Assembly: GCA_963724295.1 (NCBI GenBank)
Contig: CAVRUC010000004.1
Coordinates: forward strand, 320,001 to 384,000
Direction of reading: 5' to 3'
Length of the DNA: 64,000 nt
Source: an uncultured Chloroflexia bacterium
GTDB lineage: Bacteria; Chloroflexota; Chloroflexia; Thermomicrobiales; UBA6265
The translations under genes and the position numbers were made by a program. The notes under the pieces were generated by a model. The model searched no databases. It worked only from the letters and a program-made list of their open reading frames with translations, and was not told the origin of the DNA. Shown here one piece after another: positions 19,380 through 29,041 of the stretch; the first letter of the stretch is position 1; every line of letters begins with the position of its first letter.

Positions 19380-21122
19380 TCATTGCAGTTGGTGCACCGT
19401 GTGAACGGTCAGGTGTGACGCGTACTGGGCGTTGTGAAGCACGGTCTGGGTCGCGACCACCGCCGCGCTGGCAGGTTCCTCAAAGAGGGCATCGCCGGTG
19501 TTGAGATTGCGGTCCCACTGTGGGAAATCGCTGCTCCCGATAGTCACGCGCAGCCGGTTCCCAGCGGTGACGCGCACCCCGACCGGGCCGAGCGGAATGT
19601 CGTAGCAATAGACCCGGTCCGGCACCAGTAATGACGGGTCGGAAAGGCTGTCCCGGTAGCGCGCCCTGACGATCCCTTCTTGCAGATTGATCGAGCGACC
19701 GTCCGGGTAGACCTCACAAAGTCGCGCCGTCCAGTCGGTGTCGCGCGCGGAGGTCGCGGCGTACAGCGTCACCGTCACGTCCCCGATCAGCTCCACCGGC
19801 TCCGCCAGCGGCTCGCTGGTGTAGACGAGGACGCCGTTGAGCTCCTCCGCCGCGCGCTGGTCGGCTGGACCCATCGGCGCGACAAAGTTGAGGCAGCAGG
19901 AGTGACCGCCGATACTCGCCGTCGGTGCCATCGGGTCGGCGGTGAAGAGGTCTGGTGGTTCCTCGCCTGGGGCGTCCAGCGAAAGCGTACCGTCGCCGAA
20001 GCGCGAGTTCGCCCGTCCATTGGAATGGAAGAACCACCGCACCGGCTCAGATCCCGGAGGTGGCCAGTCGGGATAATCCCGCCACTCCTCGGCGCCCATG
20101 ACGAAGAGTGTCACGGGGGCATCCAGAATGCCGGTCTCTTCCCCCTTGAGGAACTGATCGAACCAGCGCAGTTGGAAATCGTCGACCATGCCCGGTCCAC
20201 AGCCTTCTTGAGTTACGCTGGTCGGAGCCAACGGCATGTGGGTCCAGGGTCCGACGACCAGCTTCTGACCGGCGCGCGCCGCGTCCGACCCGCCGGCAGT
20301 CCGCATCCCAACGAAATTCTTCACCGAGCCGGAGAGAAAGATGTCGTACCAGCCCGCGATGTGCAGCGCGGGGATGGTGAGCCGGCTGTAGTCCTCGTCG
20401 ATACTCCAGCGCCGCCAGTAGTCGTCATAGGTCGGGTGGGCCAGCCAATCGAAGAAATAGCTGCCGTACTTGCCAGTGAGGGGCGGGAACTCGGCCAGCG
20501 GCAGATACCAGTTCCATCCCTGCGAGTTGGCGTAGGCCGCCTGGAGACTCGCCATCGCCGCGTCGTCCTTAGCGCGCCGTGCCTCCATTCCCGCCATATG
20601 GACTGCCCACGACATCGCGAAGGCGAGCGCCAGGGCGCCCTGGTTGTAGGTCCACCCCTCGTAGTACTGCGATGCGGTCAGCGCCGGGCAGGCGGTAACC
20701 AGACTGGGCGGGCGCAACGTGGCGGGCATGAGCTGGGTCGCGCCGGCGTAGGAGAAGCCGTACATCCCGACGCGCCCGTTCGCCCCCGGCAGGCGAGCCG
20801 CCCACTCGATCGTGTCGTATCCGTCTTCGGCTTCATTCAGGAATGGAGTGAACTCCCCCTCCGACGCCCAGTAACCGCGGACGTCCTGGATGACCACCAT
20901 GTAGCCGCGCTGCGCGTACCACGAGGGGTGGCTGTAGTTGATGTTCTGAGCCTGCGTCTTGTCGTACGGATGGCGCATCAGGATGACCGGGAACGGTCCT
21001 TCGTCAGCCGGTCGGTAGACGTCGGCGTAGAGGGTGACGCCATCGCGCATGCGGCATGGCACATTGCGCTGGATCGTCACCTGTGGCGATCCTGGCAACG
21101 GCCGTGGACCGTCTTGTGCCAT
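19380..21122 (-). CDS. CocE/NonD family serine hydrolase
   Basis: 'MRDGVTLYADVYRP', 'GMYGFSYAG' nucleophile elbow, 'GWYD', 'GPWTH'. Confidence 0.93.
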   Translation of the reverse strand: MAQDGPRPLPGSPQVTIQRNVPCRMRDGVTLYADVYRPADEGPFPVILMRHPYDKTQAQNINYSHPSWYAQRGYMVVIQDVRGYWASEGEFTPFLNEAEDGYDTIEWAARLPGANGRVGMYGFSYAGATQLMPATLRPPSLVTACPALTASQYYEGWTYNQGALALAFAMSWAVHMAGMEARRAKDDAAMASLQAAYANSQGWNWYLPLAEFPPLTGKYGSYFFDWLAHPTYDDYWRRWSIDEDYSRLTIPALHIAGWYDIFLSGSVKNFVGMRTAGGSDAARAGQKLVVGPWTHMPLAPTSVTQEGCGPGMVDDFQLRWFDQFLKGEETGILDAPVTLFVMGAEEWRDYPDWPPPGSEPVRWFFHSNGRANSRFGDGTLSLDAPGEEPPDLFTADPMAPTASIGGHSCCLNFVAPMGPADQRAAEELNGVLVYTSEPLAEPVELIGDVTVTLYAATSARDTDWTARLCEVYPDGRSINLQEGIVRARYRDSLSDPSLLVPDRVYCYDIPLGPVGVRVTAGNRLRVTIGSSDFPQWDRNLNTGDALFEEPASAAVVATQTVLHNAQYASHLTVHTVHQLQ

Positions 21123-21426
21123 CGAAACCCCTTCTCGATCTGACCGGCGCCGATTCCCGGGCCGGGAGGATACGAACGACAGACGCGTGCGTCAACGCCG
21201 AACCTGTGCCAACTAGCCGGCATGATACGTTGGCCCGGCTGGTGCAAAATGGGCGATGCCATGCAATCCCGCTGTCGTGCAAGGGACGATTGATGATCGT
21301 GGCGCAACCGGAAACCGAGGTCCACGAAGTGGCCGTGCCATTCTGTCCGGATGTCCGCCTGCCGCTGATACTCACGATCAGCGACGAGGCTCCGGTTCGC
21401 TTCCCGTTCCTTCAGGTTCACCATCC

Positions 21427-22380
21427 ATGACACCTGACCGCGCACCGAGCATCGCTTGTATCGGGGTTTCGGATTGGGATCGGCTGATCGCGATTTCCGA
21501 CTACCCCGAGGCCGGCGGCTTCGCCAAGGTTCTGGAGGAGGTATCAGCGCCCGGGGGACCGACGACGAACACGGCCGTCGCACTCTCCCGGCTTGGCGCG
21601 CGGGTCCGCCTGGCCTCGGCCGTCGGCGCCGACGAGCGCGGCGAACTCGTACGCCGCAGTCTCGAAGCCGCGGGTGTCGACACCCGCTGGATAGCCGTCA
21701 AACCCGAACAGGTCACCACCCTGGCAACAGTCATCGTCAGCCGCAATCCGCTCGACCGCACCATCTTCGTCGAGACCGGGGCACAGCTTGCCCGGGGAGA
21801 TCAGCTCGACGTCGCCGGGCTCTTCAGCGGGGATCTGCTGGTCCTTGACGTTGCCGACGTTTCATTACGACGCTTCCTGCTCGATCTGCCCTCCCACACC
21901 GTACCGACCACCCGCCTTCTGGGGCCCCTCCGCTATCTCGTGGAAGAGAGCGTGCCGGACGCATTCGACCTCGCGTTGCGGCACGACGTCATCGTCAGCA
22001 ACGAGCCCGATCTGCTCGATGTGACCGGGACGTGGACGCTCAGCGATGCGACGACGGCGATACAGCACCGCATGCGCGGAGAGAACCTGCGCGCTGCGCT
22101 GATCACCCGCGCCGGCGAAGGCTGTCGCGTCGTGACCGAGGCGAAGAGTCTCAATATTCCCGCGTTCAGCGTCGATGTCATCGACCCAACCGGAGCCGGC
22201 GACGCGTTTGTGGCCGGGGTCGCCTGGGGGATGGCGCAGCGCTGGCCCTGGCCGCAGGTCGGCCGCTTCGCTAACGCGGTCGGTGCCCTCGCCTGCTGCT
22301 CCCTCGGCGCCCAGGCGTCCTTGCCCACCCTCCAGGAGGTCGAGACGCTACTGGCGTCCAATCCCACGGACCTTGACTAA
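21427..22380 (+). CDS. PfkB/ribokinase family carbohydrate kinase
   Basis: 'PGGPTTNTAVALSRLG', 'DPTGAGDAFVAG'. Confidence 0.9.
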   Translation: MTPDRAPSIACIGVSDWDRLIAISDYPEAGGFAKVLEEVSAPGGPTTNTAVALSRLGARVRLASAVGADERGELVRRSLEAAGVDTRWIAVKPEQVTTLATVIVSRNPLDRTIFVETGAQLARGDQLDVAGLFSGDLLVLDVADVSLRRFLLDLPSHTVPTTRLLGPLRYLVEESVPDAFDLALRHDVIVSNEPDLLDVTGTWTLSDATTAIQHRMRGENLRAALITRAGEGCRVVTEAKSLNIPAFSVDVIDPTGAGDAFVAGVAWGMAQRWPWPQVGRFANAVGALACCSLGAQASLPTLQEVETLLASNPTDLD

Positions 22381-22390
22381 AAGACACCAG

Positions 22391-22420
22391 TTGACGTTAC
22401 ACACGGTACGTCCGTACACT
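22391..22420 (+). promoter_or_regulatory. Sigma70-type promoter candidate
   Basis: TTGACG-N18-TACACT upstream of a hairpin-rich leader. Confidence 0.4.
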
Positions 22421-22557
22421 ACGAAACGTACACCTTCGACTTCGCGTTGAAGGTGCGACTGGTCTTCTTGAGGGAGGAGGCCTGAGTCGAAAGCCGTCGC
22501 CCCCGGGTGACGCGGCTGCCGAGAGCCCGCGATGGGCTGGAGGGAAGGGCGCCGCCG

Positions 22558-24087
22558 ATGTCGAGGTTTATTTCCGTCTGTCTGCGTGCCGTCATGGCGC
22601 TGGTCGCGCTACTGGGGACGCTCGTCTCCAGTCCAGGTCCAGCGCTTGCCGCGACCGGCACGTTGAGCATGGAATCCGCCCTGCAGGAGTCCCCGGCGCA
22701 CGAAGCGCCGTTGCTCGCGCTCCTGCCTGAGGGCACCGTGGTGTCGATCGACGGCCCACCGATCGATGGCTTCTACCCGGTGACGGCGGGCGATCTTTCC
22801 GGCTGGATGCGCGGCGAGACCCTCTCGGTCGAGAAAGACGTCGTTGCAACAGGGGATACCTCAAGCCCTCCATCCGCGGAATCGGACGGATTAGTTCCGG
22901 TCGAGCAGACAGCCAGCGCTGACCCGGCTTCGCTCGAGACACCAGCCACCGTCGACGCAGCCGCGGATCCGGCACCCAACAATGACCTTCCCGTCGAAAC
23001 CGGGACCGAACCGGTTGCTGACGTCGCCAATGACGCCGAAGCACCGCCAGCCGATACGGGCGCTTTGCCGGTCGATCCAGTGACCGGCGCTGAACCAGTT
23101 AGCGAGCCCGCTCCCACCAACACGGCGGCTCTGGAGTCGACGGTCGAGACGATCGGCGCCGCGACGCCGGTCCCGCTCGCCCCGGCGACCGAGACCCCGG
23201 TGGACGCGGCCGTGGAGCCCGCGCCAGATCCGAGCCCGGCGCCAAGTCCGACCCCGCGGCCCGAGCCTGTGGGGCCGGCGAGTGTGACCGTCAACGCCCC
23301 GATTCGCACCGGTCCCGGACCCGACTTCGATCTGATCTTCACGGTGCCGATGGGCAGCACCGTTCAGCAGACCGGCAACGTGACCGACGGCTACGTCACG
23401 GTGCAGTACAAGGAGGTTACCGGCTGGTTAGCCCTCGAGCAGCTCGGGGCGGCGAGCTCATTCATCGCCGAGACACCTATCGTGGAAACGGCGCCGCCGG
23501 TCGAGACAGCGCCGGGCGAGACCAACCCCGTCGCCACCGAGCCGGTCCCGGCCGAGCCGGTCACGGTCAAGACGCCGCGCCCTGGCTCAGGCGTCGCCTT
23601 CACGACCGTCGACATGAGTCTGCGCGCCGGTCCCAGTGCCAGCGAGGAGCCGATCACCGTCGTTCCGGCGGGATCGCGCGTCGTCCTCACCGGGGTCATG
23701 GAGGGTGGATTCCAACGTGTGACCTACCAGGATGAGATCGGCTGGATTTCCGACAACTACCTGGAGACACCCGCCGACCCGGAGCCGGATACGGGCAGAC
23801 CCGGAGATGAGCAGTACTCCCGCAAGCAGATCGTACGTATCATCTACGCCGCTGCCGACCGCTACGGTCAATCCCGGTCCGATATGCTGCGCGTCGCTGA
23901 ATGCGAGTCGAATCTCGATCCCTATGCCGTGAATCCCTCCGGGTCCTACGGACTCTTCCAGTTCATCCGCTCGACCTGGAGATCGACCCCTTACGGCAAC
24001 GAGGACATCTTCGACCCCGAAGCAAACGCCAACGCGGCCGCCTGGATGTGGTCCGAGGGCCGCAAGAGCGAGTGGGTATGTCAGTAG
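22558..24087 (+). CDS. SH3-repeat protein with C-terminal lysozyme-like/lytic transglycosylase domain
   Basis: Three SH3b-like repeats (e.g. 'LRAGPSASEEPITVVPAG...GWIS'); 'VAECESNLDPYAVN..SYGLFQF..STW'. Confidence 0.85.
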   Translation: MSRFISVCLRAVMALVALLGTLVSSPGPALAATGTLSMESALQESPAHEAPLLALLPEGTVVSIDGPPIDGFYPVTAGDLSGWMRGETLSVEKDVVATGDTSSPPSAESDGLVPVEQTASADPASLETPATVDAAADPAPNNDLPVETGTEPVADVANDAEAPPADTGALPVDPVTGAEPVSEPAPTNTAALESTVETIGAATPVPLAPATETPVDAAVEPAPDPSPAPSPTPRPEPVGPASVTVNAPIRTGPGPDFDLIFTVPMGSTVQQTGNVTDGYVTVQYKEVTGWLALEQLGAASSFIAETPIVETAPPVETAPGETNPVATEPVPAEPVTVKTPRPGSGVAFTTVDMSLRAGPSASEEPITVVPAGSRVVLTGVMEGGFQRVTYQDEIGWISDNYLETPADPEPDTGRPGDEQYSRKQIVRIIYAAADRYGQSRSDMLRVAECESNLDPYAVNPSGSYGLFQFIRSTWRSTPYGNEDIFDPEANANAAAWMWSEGRKSEWVCQ

Positions 24088-24089
24088 AC

Positions 24090-24141
24090 GGAGTCGGTGA
24101 GTCGGTCAGTCGGTCAGTCGTGAGTCGTGAGTGAGACGGTG
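24090..24141. repeat. Short tandem 7-8-mer repeats (GAGTCGGT/CAGTCGGT/GAGTCGT)
   Basis: Directly visible after the stop codon. Confidence 0.65.
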
Positions 24142-24351
24142 AAAGACGGCCAGTAGGGGCGACGCCGGCGTCGTCCGCTTTCTCAGCCAGCCAGGTTCCT
24201 TGATCCACACCACCCCCTCTGGGCAGCGCGCCCGCTGATCACCCTCGAGCAAAACGACATCTCATCACCGCCCCGCGCTACCATGCTGATGACGGCCGCG
24301 GCTAAGTTGTCTGGCCGTCTCGCGCTCGCTGGCATAGCAGAGGAGTTCCCA

Positions 24352-24987
24352 ATGGACATGCTGCGACGTTTGTTTGGCGGTGACGAGCCGAGCTCCGAGA
24401 CCGCGCGGTCTCGACCCCGTTCGCGAAACTTGTCTCCTGACGAGCAGGCAGTCGAGCGGTATCGGTACCTCTTGCGAACGGCTCCGCCGGAAACGATCGA
24501 AGAAGCGCACGCCGAGGCGTTCGCCAAGCTGACCTCGGAACAGCGCCGGATGGTACTACAAGAGTTGACCCCGACCCTGACCCCGGCCGAGCGCGGAGCG
24601 GGTGCGACGGATGACGTCGATCCGCGTTCGCTGGCCCGGCTTGCCACCCGAGCCGAGGTGCGCCAGCCCGGCACGCTGGAGCGGACCTGGTCCGGCATGC
24701 CCGCGGGCGCCGGGATGGGCGGCATGGGCATGGGCGGTTTCATGGCGGGCAATTTCACGAGCACGATCGCCGGGGTCGTGGTCGGCAGCTTGATCGCCGA
24801 TGCATTTCTCGGTGATGCCGGGTACGACGCGGGGTCCGCCGAGACTGCCGATGCCTCCGCCGGCACATTCGACGCCGAGGGCGGCGACTTCGGAGGCGGG
24901 GATCCCGGATCTGGCGACGGTGGCGCGTTCGGCGACATGGGGGGCGACTTCGGCGGTTTCGGTGATTTCGGAGGCGGCGATTTCTGA
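24352..24987 (+). CDS. Hypothetical protein with Gly/Asp-rich C-terminus
   Basis: GAGGAG RBS before ATG 24352; 'ERYRYLLRTAPPETIEEAHAEAFAKL'. Confidence 0.75.
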   Translation: MDMLRRLFGGDEPSSETARSRPRSRNLSPDEQAVERYRYLLRTAPPETIEEAHAEAFAKLTSEQRRMVLQELTPTLTPAERGAGATDDVDPRSLARLATRAEVRQPGTLERTWSGMPAGAGMGGMGMGGFMAGNFTSTIAGVVVGSLIADAFLGDAGYDAGSAETADASAGTFDAEGGDFGGGDPGSGDGGAFGDMGGDFGGFGDFGGGDF

Positions 24988-25030
24988 CGCTCCGTAATCT
25001 GCTGCGCTAGGAGGGCGTGACCAGTCGCCG

Positions 25031-26194
25031 ATGACCGCCATCCGGGATCGCGTCCGAATCGGGTTGCTCGGTTGCGTAATCGCGGCCGTCTCGTTGGTGG
25101 CCATCGGTCTCGTCGTTCTGCTCGTCGTCGCGGCGGTGCCGGATCGGTTCGGGCTGCTGTTGAGCGTGACCGCGGCATCTATCCCGGCACTGGTCTACGC
25201 CGCCATCGTGCTCCGTCTCGATCGCTACGAGATCGAACCGCTGCGCGCCGTGCTGGCGTGCTTCGCCTGGGGCGCGATCGGCGCGGTCTTGTTCAGCGTC
25301 GCCACCGGACTGCTCTTCCAGTTCGCTGTTGAAGAGATGCTTGGCGCCGAGGTTGCCCAGGCGGCCTCGGTCGTGATTGGCGCGCCATTGGTCGAGGAGT
25401 CGTTCAAGGGCATCGCGGTTCTCGCCGTGCTCATCGTTGCTCGGGACGAGATCGATAGCACGCTCGATGGCCTCGTCTACGGCGCGTTGGTCGGCGTCGG
25501 CTTCGCGATGACAGAGAACATCTTGTACTTCGGACAAGCGTATCTGGAAGGCGGTCTCGGCGAGTTCGGCACGCTCGTGCTCAGCCGCGCGGTGCTCGGC
25601 GGCTTCGGCCATCCCGCGTACACCGCGATCACGGGCGCCGCGATCGGCTGGTCGCGCGGGCGCTACGGACGGGGAATCGCCCGTGTCATCGTCCCGATCC
25701 TGGGGTGGGCATTAGCCGTCGGCCTCCACGTCGCCTGGAATGGAGGGCTGGTCCTGTCGTCCGTCCTGATGGATCCGGACACGGGACTGCTGAAGCTGGT
25801 GGCGGTGCAAACCGCGATCGTGATCGTGCCGGCGGTTCTCGTGCTCTACACCATCGCGCGCATGTCGGCGCGGCACGAATTGACGATTCTGCGCAAGGAA
25901 CTTCGCACCGAGGTGGAGCGAGGAACGATCACGCCGGCAGAATATGAGTCGATCGTCGATGCCGAGAAGCGCCAGCGCGCGCTGGCGTCGGCCCGAGCGC
26001 GGGGCGGCCGGGCCCTACGCCGGCGACAGCAGGCCTTCTTCAGCACAGCGGCCGATCTGGCCTTTCGCAACCACCACCGGCAACAGGGCGAGCCGTCCAA
26101 ACCAGGTCAGGCCGCCCGAGACGACATCGACCGGGAGCGCTTGATTGCGCTCCGGCGTGAGCTCGCCCCGGACTCGCTTCTCCGCGAAAGCTGA
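25031..26194 (+). CDS. prsW: PrsW-family intramembrane glutamic protease
   Basis: 'APLVEESFKG', 'GFAMTENILY', two conserved His (GHPAYT, LHVAWN); multiple TM segments. Confidence 0.9.
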   Translation: MTAIRDRVRIGLLGCVIAAVSLVAIGLVVLLVVAAVPDRFGLLLSVTAASIPALVYAAIVLRLDRYEIEPLRAVLACFAWGAIGAVLFSVATGLLFQFAVEEMLGAEVAQAASVVIGAPLVEESFKGIAVLAVLIVARDEIDSTLDGLVYGALVGVGFAMTENILYFGQAYLEGGLGEFGTLVLSRAVLGGFGHPAYTAITGAAIGWSRGRYGRGIARVIVPILGWALAVGLHVAWNGGLVLSSVLMDPDTGLLKLVAVQTAIVIVPAVLVLYTIARMSARHELTILRKELRTEVERGTITPAEYESIVDAEKRQRALASARARGGRALRRRQQAFFSTAADLAFRNHHRQQGEPSKPGQAARDDIDRERLIALRRELAPDSLLRES

Positions 26195-26255
26195 CGGGCC
26201 GTCGCGTCCCACACCGGATTCAGCACCGGCGCGAGCGACCTTGCGGAAAAACGAA

Positions 26256-26292
26256 GCCGGACCGTTCGACCGGGATGGTCGAACGGTCCGGC
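26256..26292. terminator. Intrinsic terminator hairpin
   Basis: GCCGGACCGTTCGACC-N5-GGTCGAACGGTCCGGC perfect 16-bp stem between convergent genes, with an A-tract on the left. Confidence 0.75.
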
Positions 26293-26338
26293 GCCTGATG
26301 AAGCGCTATGGCTTCGAGCGTCTCACGCCGCGAGTTCG

Positions 26339-27178
26339 CTACGGAGACGGAGTCTCTGTCGCATCCTCGAGTTCCGCCTCCGCGGTCTCGATCGCATCGG
26401 CCACCGCCGTCGCCAATCCAGGCGTAGCCGCGGGGGTCGCCTCATCCCCTGCCCCCATCGGGGTGGCGCGGGCTGCGACCGGGCTCGCCTGCGATGGCGT
26501 GGCCACAATGCCGGCCGGTGCCTCGTCTTCCTCTTCCGTGGCCGCGGGAGCGGCCACAGTCGCGGCCGGAGTCGGATCGACGACGGCTGCATCCTGCTGC
26601 GGCCGGAAGAAGAACCACCAGAGCAACGCGGCGATCGCCAGGGCGCCAAGAATCCACCACAGCCAGTTTCTATCCGGCTCCCTCGGTGGGGGCGGAGCGG
26701 TTGGTCGCGGTGGTGGCGGTGGCGTGGGCGTGCCAACATCCGGACTCGGCTCCGTGGCGGCAGCGACAGGAGCGGCAGCGGCAACAGGAGCCGCCGCGGC
26801 AACAGGAGCCGCAGCCGCGGCGCCAACTCCCAAGCGCGCGCTACGGAACCCGGCGTCACGAGCCGCTGCCTCATTTGTGAAGCAGACTTCCGGGGTGGTG
26901 CGATCGTAGTTTGCCTGCCCAGGAGTGTGGAAGACCCGGGACGGCAGGTTGCCTTTTACCGGGTAACCAGCCGGACAGTCTCTGCCCTCGCTGGGGCGCG
27001 CCGCATCCACCGGAATCCATTCGCCCGACTCGATATCGGCAACGCCTTCCGTCCATTGATCGGCATCGGGATCGTAGTAACCCACGGTTGCATCGGGCGT
27101 ATCAGTAGCTCCGAGAACCCATTCGCTCGTCTCCGGGTTCCGGTACCCGGAGCGAAACCGCCGAGGCCCACCAGTCAT
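26339..27178 (-). CDS. Membrane-anchored hypothetical protein with 'VKGN...H.PG...Y..T..E.CF..E..A..AGFR' domain
   Basis: GGAGAGAGG RBS; conserved small domain, AAAAPV repeats, one TM helix, acidic tail. Confidence 0.7.
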   Translation of the reverse strand: MTGGPRRFRSGYRNPETSEWVLGATDTPDATVGYYDPDADQWTEGVADIESGEWIPVDAARPSEGRDCPAGYPVKGNLPSRVFHTPGQANYDRTTPEVCFTNEAAARDAGFRSARLGVGAAAAAPVAAAAPVAAAAPVAAATEPSPDVGTPTPPPPPRPTAPPPPREPDRNWLWWILGALAIAALLWWFFFRPQQDAAVVDPTPAATVAAPAATEEEDEAPAGIVATPSQASPVAARATPMGAGDEATPAATPGLATAVADAIETAEAELEDATETPSP

Positions 27179-27506
27179 CAACCCTCTCCTCCCGAATCGC
27201 GAAAGCCCTGTTTCAGACCTCGCGAGCCGCCCCGCGCGCAAGGACGGGGAGAAAACTCGCTTCTCGCCCTATCACATTGTACTGCGTTCACTCAATGCGG
27301 CGGCTCAGCTTCTGCTCGACCGTCGTCGTCCCCGTCACCTCCCGTCAAGACGCGACCGTAGACGGCAGTTTTCTTCTGCTGCTTGCATTCGCCATGCCAG
27401 AGTCTCGCCTGCCGCATTCCTCGATTCCATCGCGTTGCGTGCGAGGCGAAGGCCATGGGATCGGGCAGTCGTGGCCCCGAACCAACTGGCAGGGGATACT
27501 TTGGTC

Positions 27507-28703
27507 ATGACATCGACGGCGACGGCGGCGTCCCCGCACCTGGCGCTCCATCCGCGCCCGACGACCCGCCAGCGGCTGACAAGCCGGGTCAAGTCACTCG
27601 CGCTCGCGCATGGCCTGTCGGTCTCCGCGGTGACGAGTGCTGAGTCGTTCCCTGAGGTCTTCCGCATCCTGCGCGACCGAATCGAGGCCGGTCATCTGGC
27701 CGGGATGGATTGGTTCACGACCGAGCGCGCCGCGGCGTCATGTGATCCGAAGACGCTGATGGACAATCCCCTGTCGATCCTCTCTGTTGGCGTCGCTTAC
27801 TGGGGCAGCGACGACGGCAAGCCTGAGGACGGCGTGCCGCGCGGGCGCATCAGCCGCTACGCGCGGGGGATCGATTACCATCAGATCCTCCAGGAACGGA
27901 TGCGCGCGCTGCACACGGCCATCGAGGAGATGGCCGGACAGCCCGTTGCGGCCAGGTTCCTGACCGATCATGCCCGGATCGTCGATCGCGCCGTCGCGGC
28001 CCGCGCCGGGCTGGGCTGGTACGGCAAGAACGCCTGCATCATCGTGCCCGGGCACGGCTCCTGGGTCATGCTCGGCGAGCTGTTGCTCGATCTCGACCTC
28101 GAACCGGACGAGCCACTGGACAAGCACTGCGGACGCTGTGGCATCTGTCTCGATCGCTGCCCGACGGGAGCGATCGTTGCCCCCTATACGATCCACACGC
28201 CATTGTGCATCTCATTTCAAACGATTGAGCAGCGCGGTGCGATCCCCCGCGAGTTACGGCCGCACCTCGGCGACTGGGTCTTCGGCTGCGACGTCTGCCA
28301 GGAGGTCTGCCCCTACACCCGCGCCGCCGCCGAGGAGCCGGACCCGGCCTTCCTGCCCCGGCATCCGGACAATGCCTACCCCTCGCTGCATCGCCTGCTG
28401 GAGATGTCGACCCGGACGTTCCGCGAGCGGTACCGGGGCACGGCCGTCATGCGGGCACGGCGGGCCGGGTTGGCTCGCAATGCGGCAGTCGCGCTGGGGA
28501 ACATCGGGACCGAGGATGATGTGCCGCCTCTGACGCGGGCTGCCCTGGGTCACGATGTGGTGCTGGTGCGCGGTCATGCCGCCTGGGCGCTGGGGAGGAT
28601 CGGTGGCAGCCATGCCCGGAGGGCGCTGGAACGCGCCTGGGAGCGTGAGCGCGAGGCGGAGGCGAGAGCGGAGATCGCTCTCTCGCTGGAAGACGTGGCC
28701 TGA
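27507..28703 (+). CDS. queG: tRNA epoxyqueuosine(34) reductase
   Basis: 'ISRYARGIDYH', 'AGLGWYGKN', 'CGRCGICLDRCPTGA', 'FGCDVCQEVCP', HEAT-like tail. Confidence 0.95.
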   Translation: MTSTATAASPHLALHPRPTTRQRLTSRVKSLALAHGLSVSAVTSAESFPEVFRILRDRIEAGHLAGMDWFTTERAAASCDPKTLMDNPLSILSVGVAYWGSDDGKPEDGVPRGRISRYARGIDYHQILQERMRALHTAIEEMAGQPVAARFLTDHARIVDRAVAARAGLGWYGKNACIIVPGHGSWVMLGELLLDLDLEPDEPLDKHCGRCGICLDRCPTGAIVAPYTIHTPLCISFQTIEQRGAIPRELRPHLGDWVFGCDVCQEVCPYTRAAAEEPDPAFLPRHPDNAYPSLHRLLEMSTRTFRERYRGTAVMRARRAGLARNAAVALGNIGTEDDVPPLTRAALGHDVVLVRGHAAWALGRIGGSHARRALERAWEREREAEARAEIALSLEDVA

Positions 28704-29041
28704 TCCGATAGGGCTTCATCCCGGAAACCGCCTCACGGACCCATGTTGAGAAGCACTCGGCGCGGACGGGGCGTGCTGGGCGCCGCCTGATGATGACCAC
28801 CACTCCGCTTGAGGCGAGGAGGTCACCATAGGCCGGAGTCAGGTCACTTGGCCCACAGTGGGGCTTGCGGCCGAACCAGAACTCACAATGAAGGGTCCGC
28901 CGGAAAGAGGGAGTGCTCGAACTCGACTACCCGACCGAGACAGGCAACCCATTCTGAAGACCGCCGATCCTCGCCGGTCACACTCAGGGACTAGACTTGC
29001 TAGCACCCCGTCAGCACGAGTAAGGCCGATCTGACCTCGGA

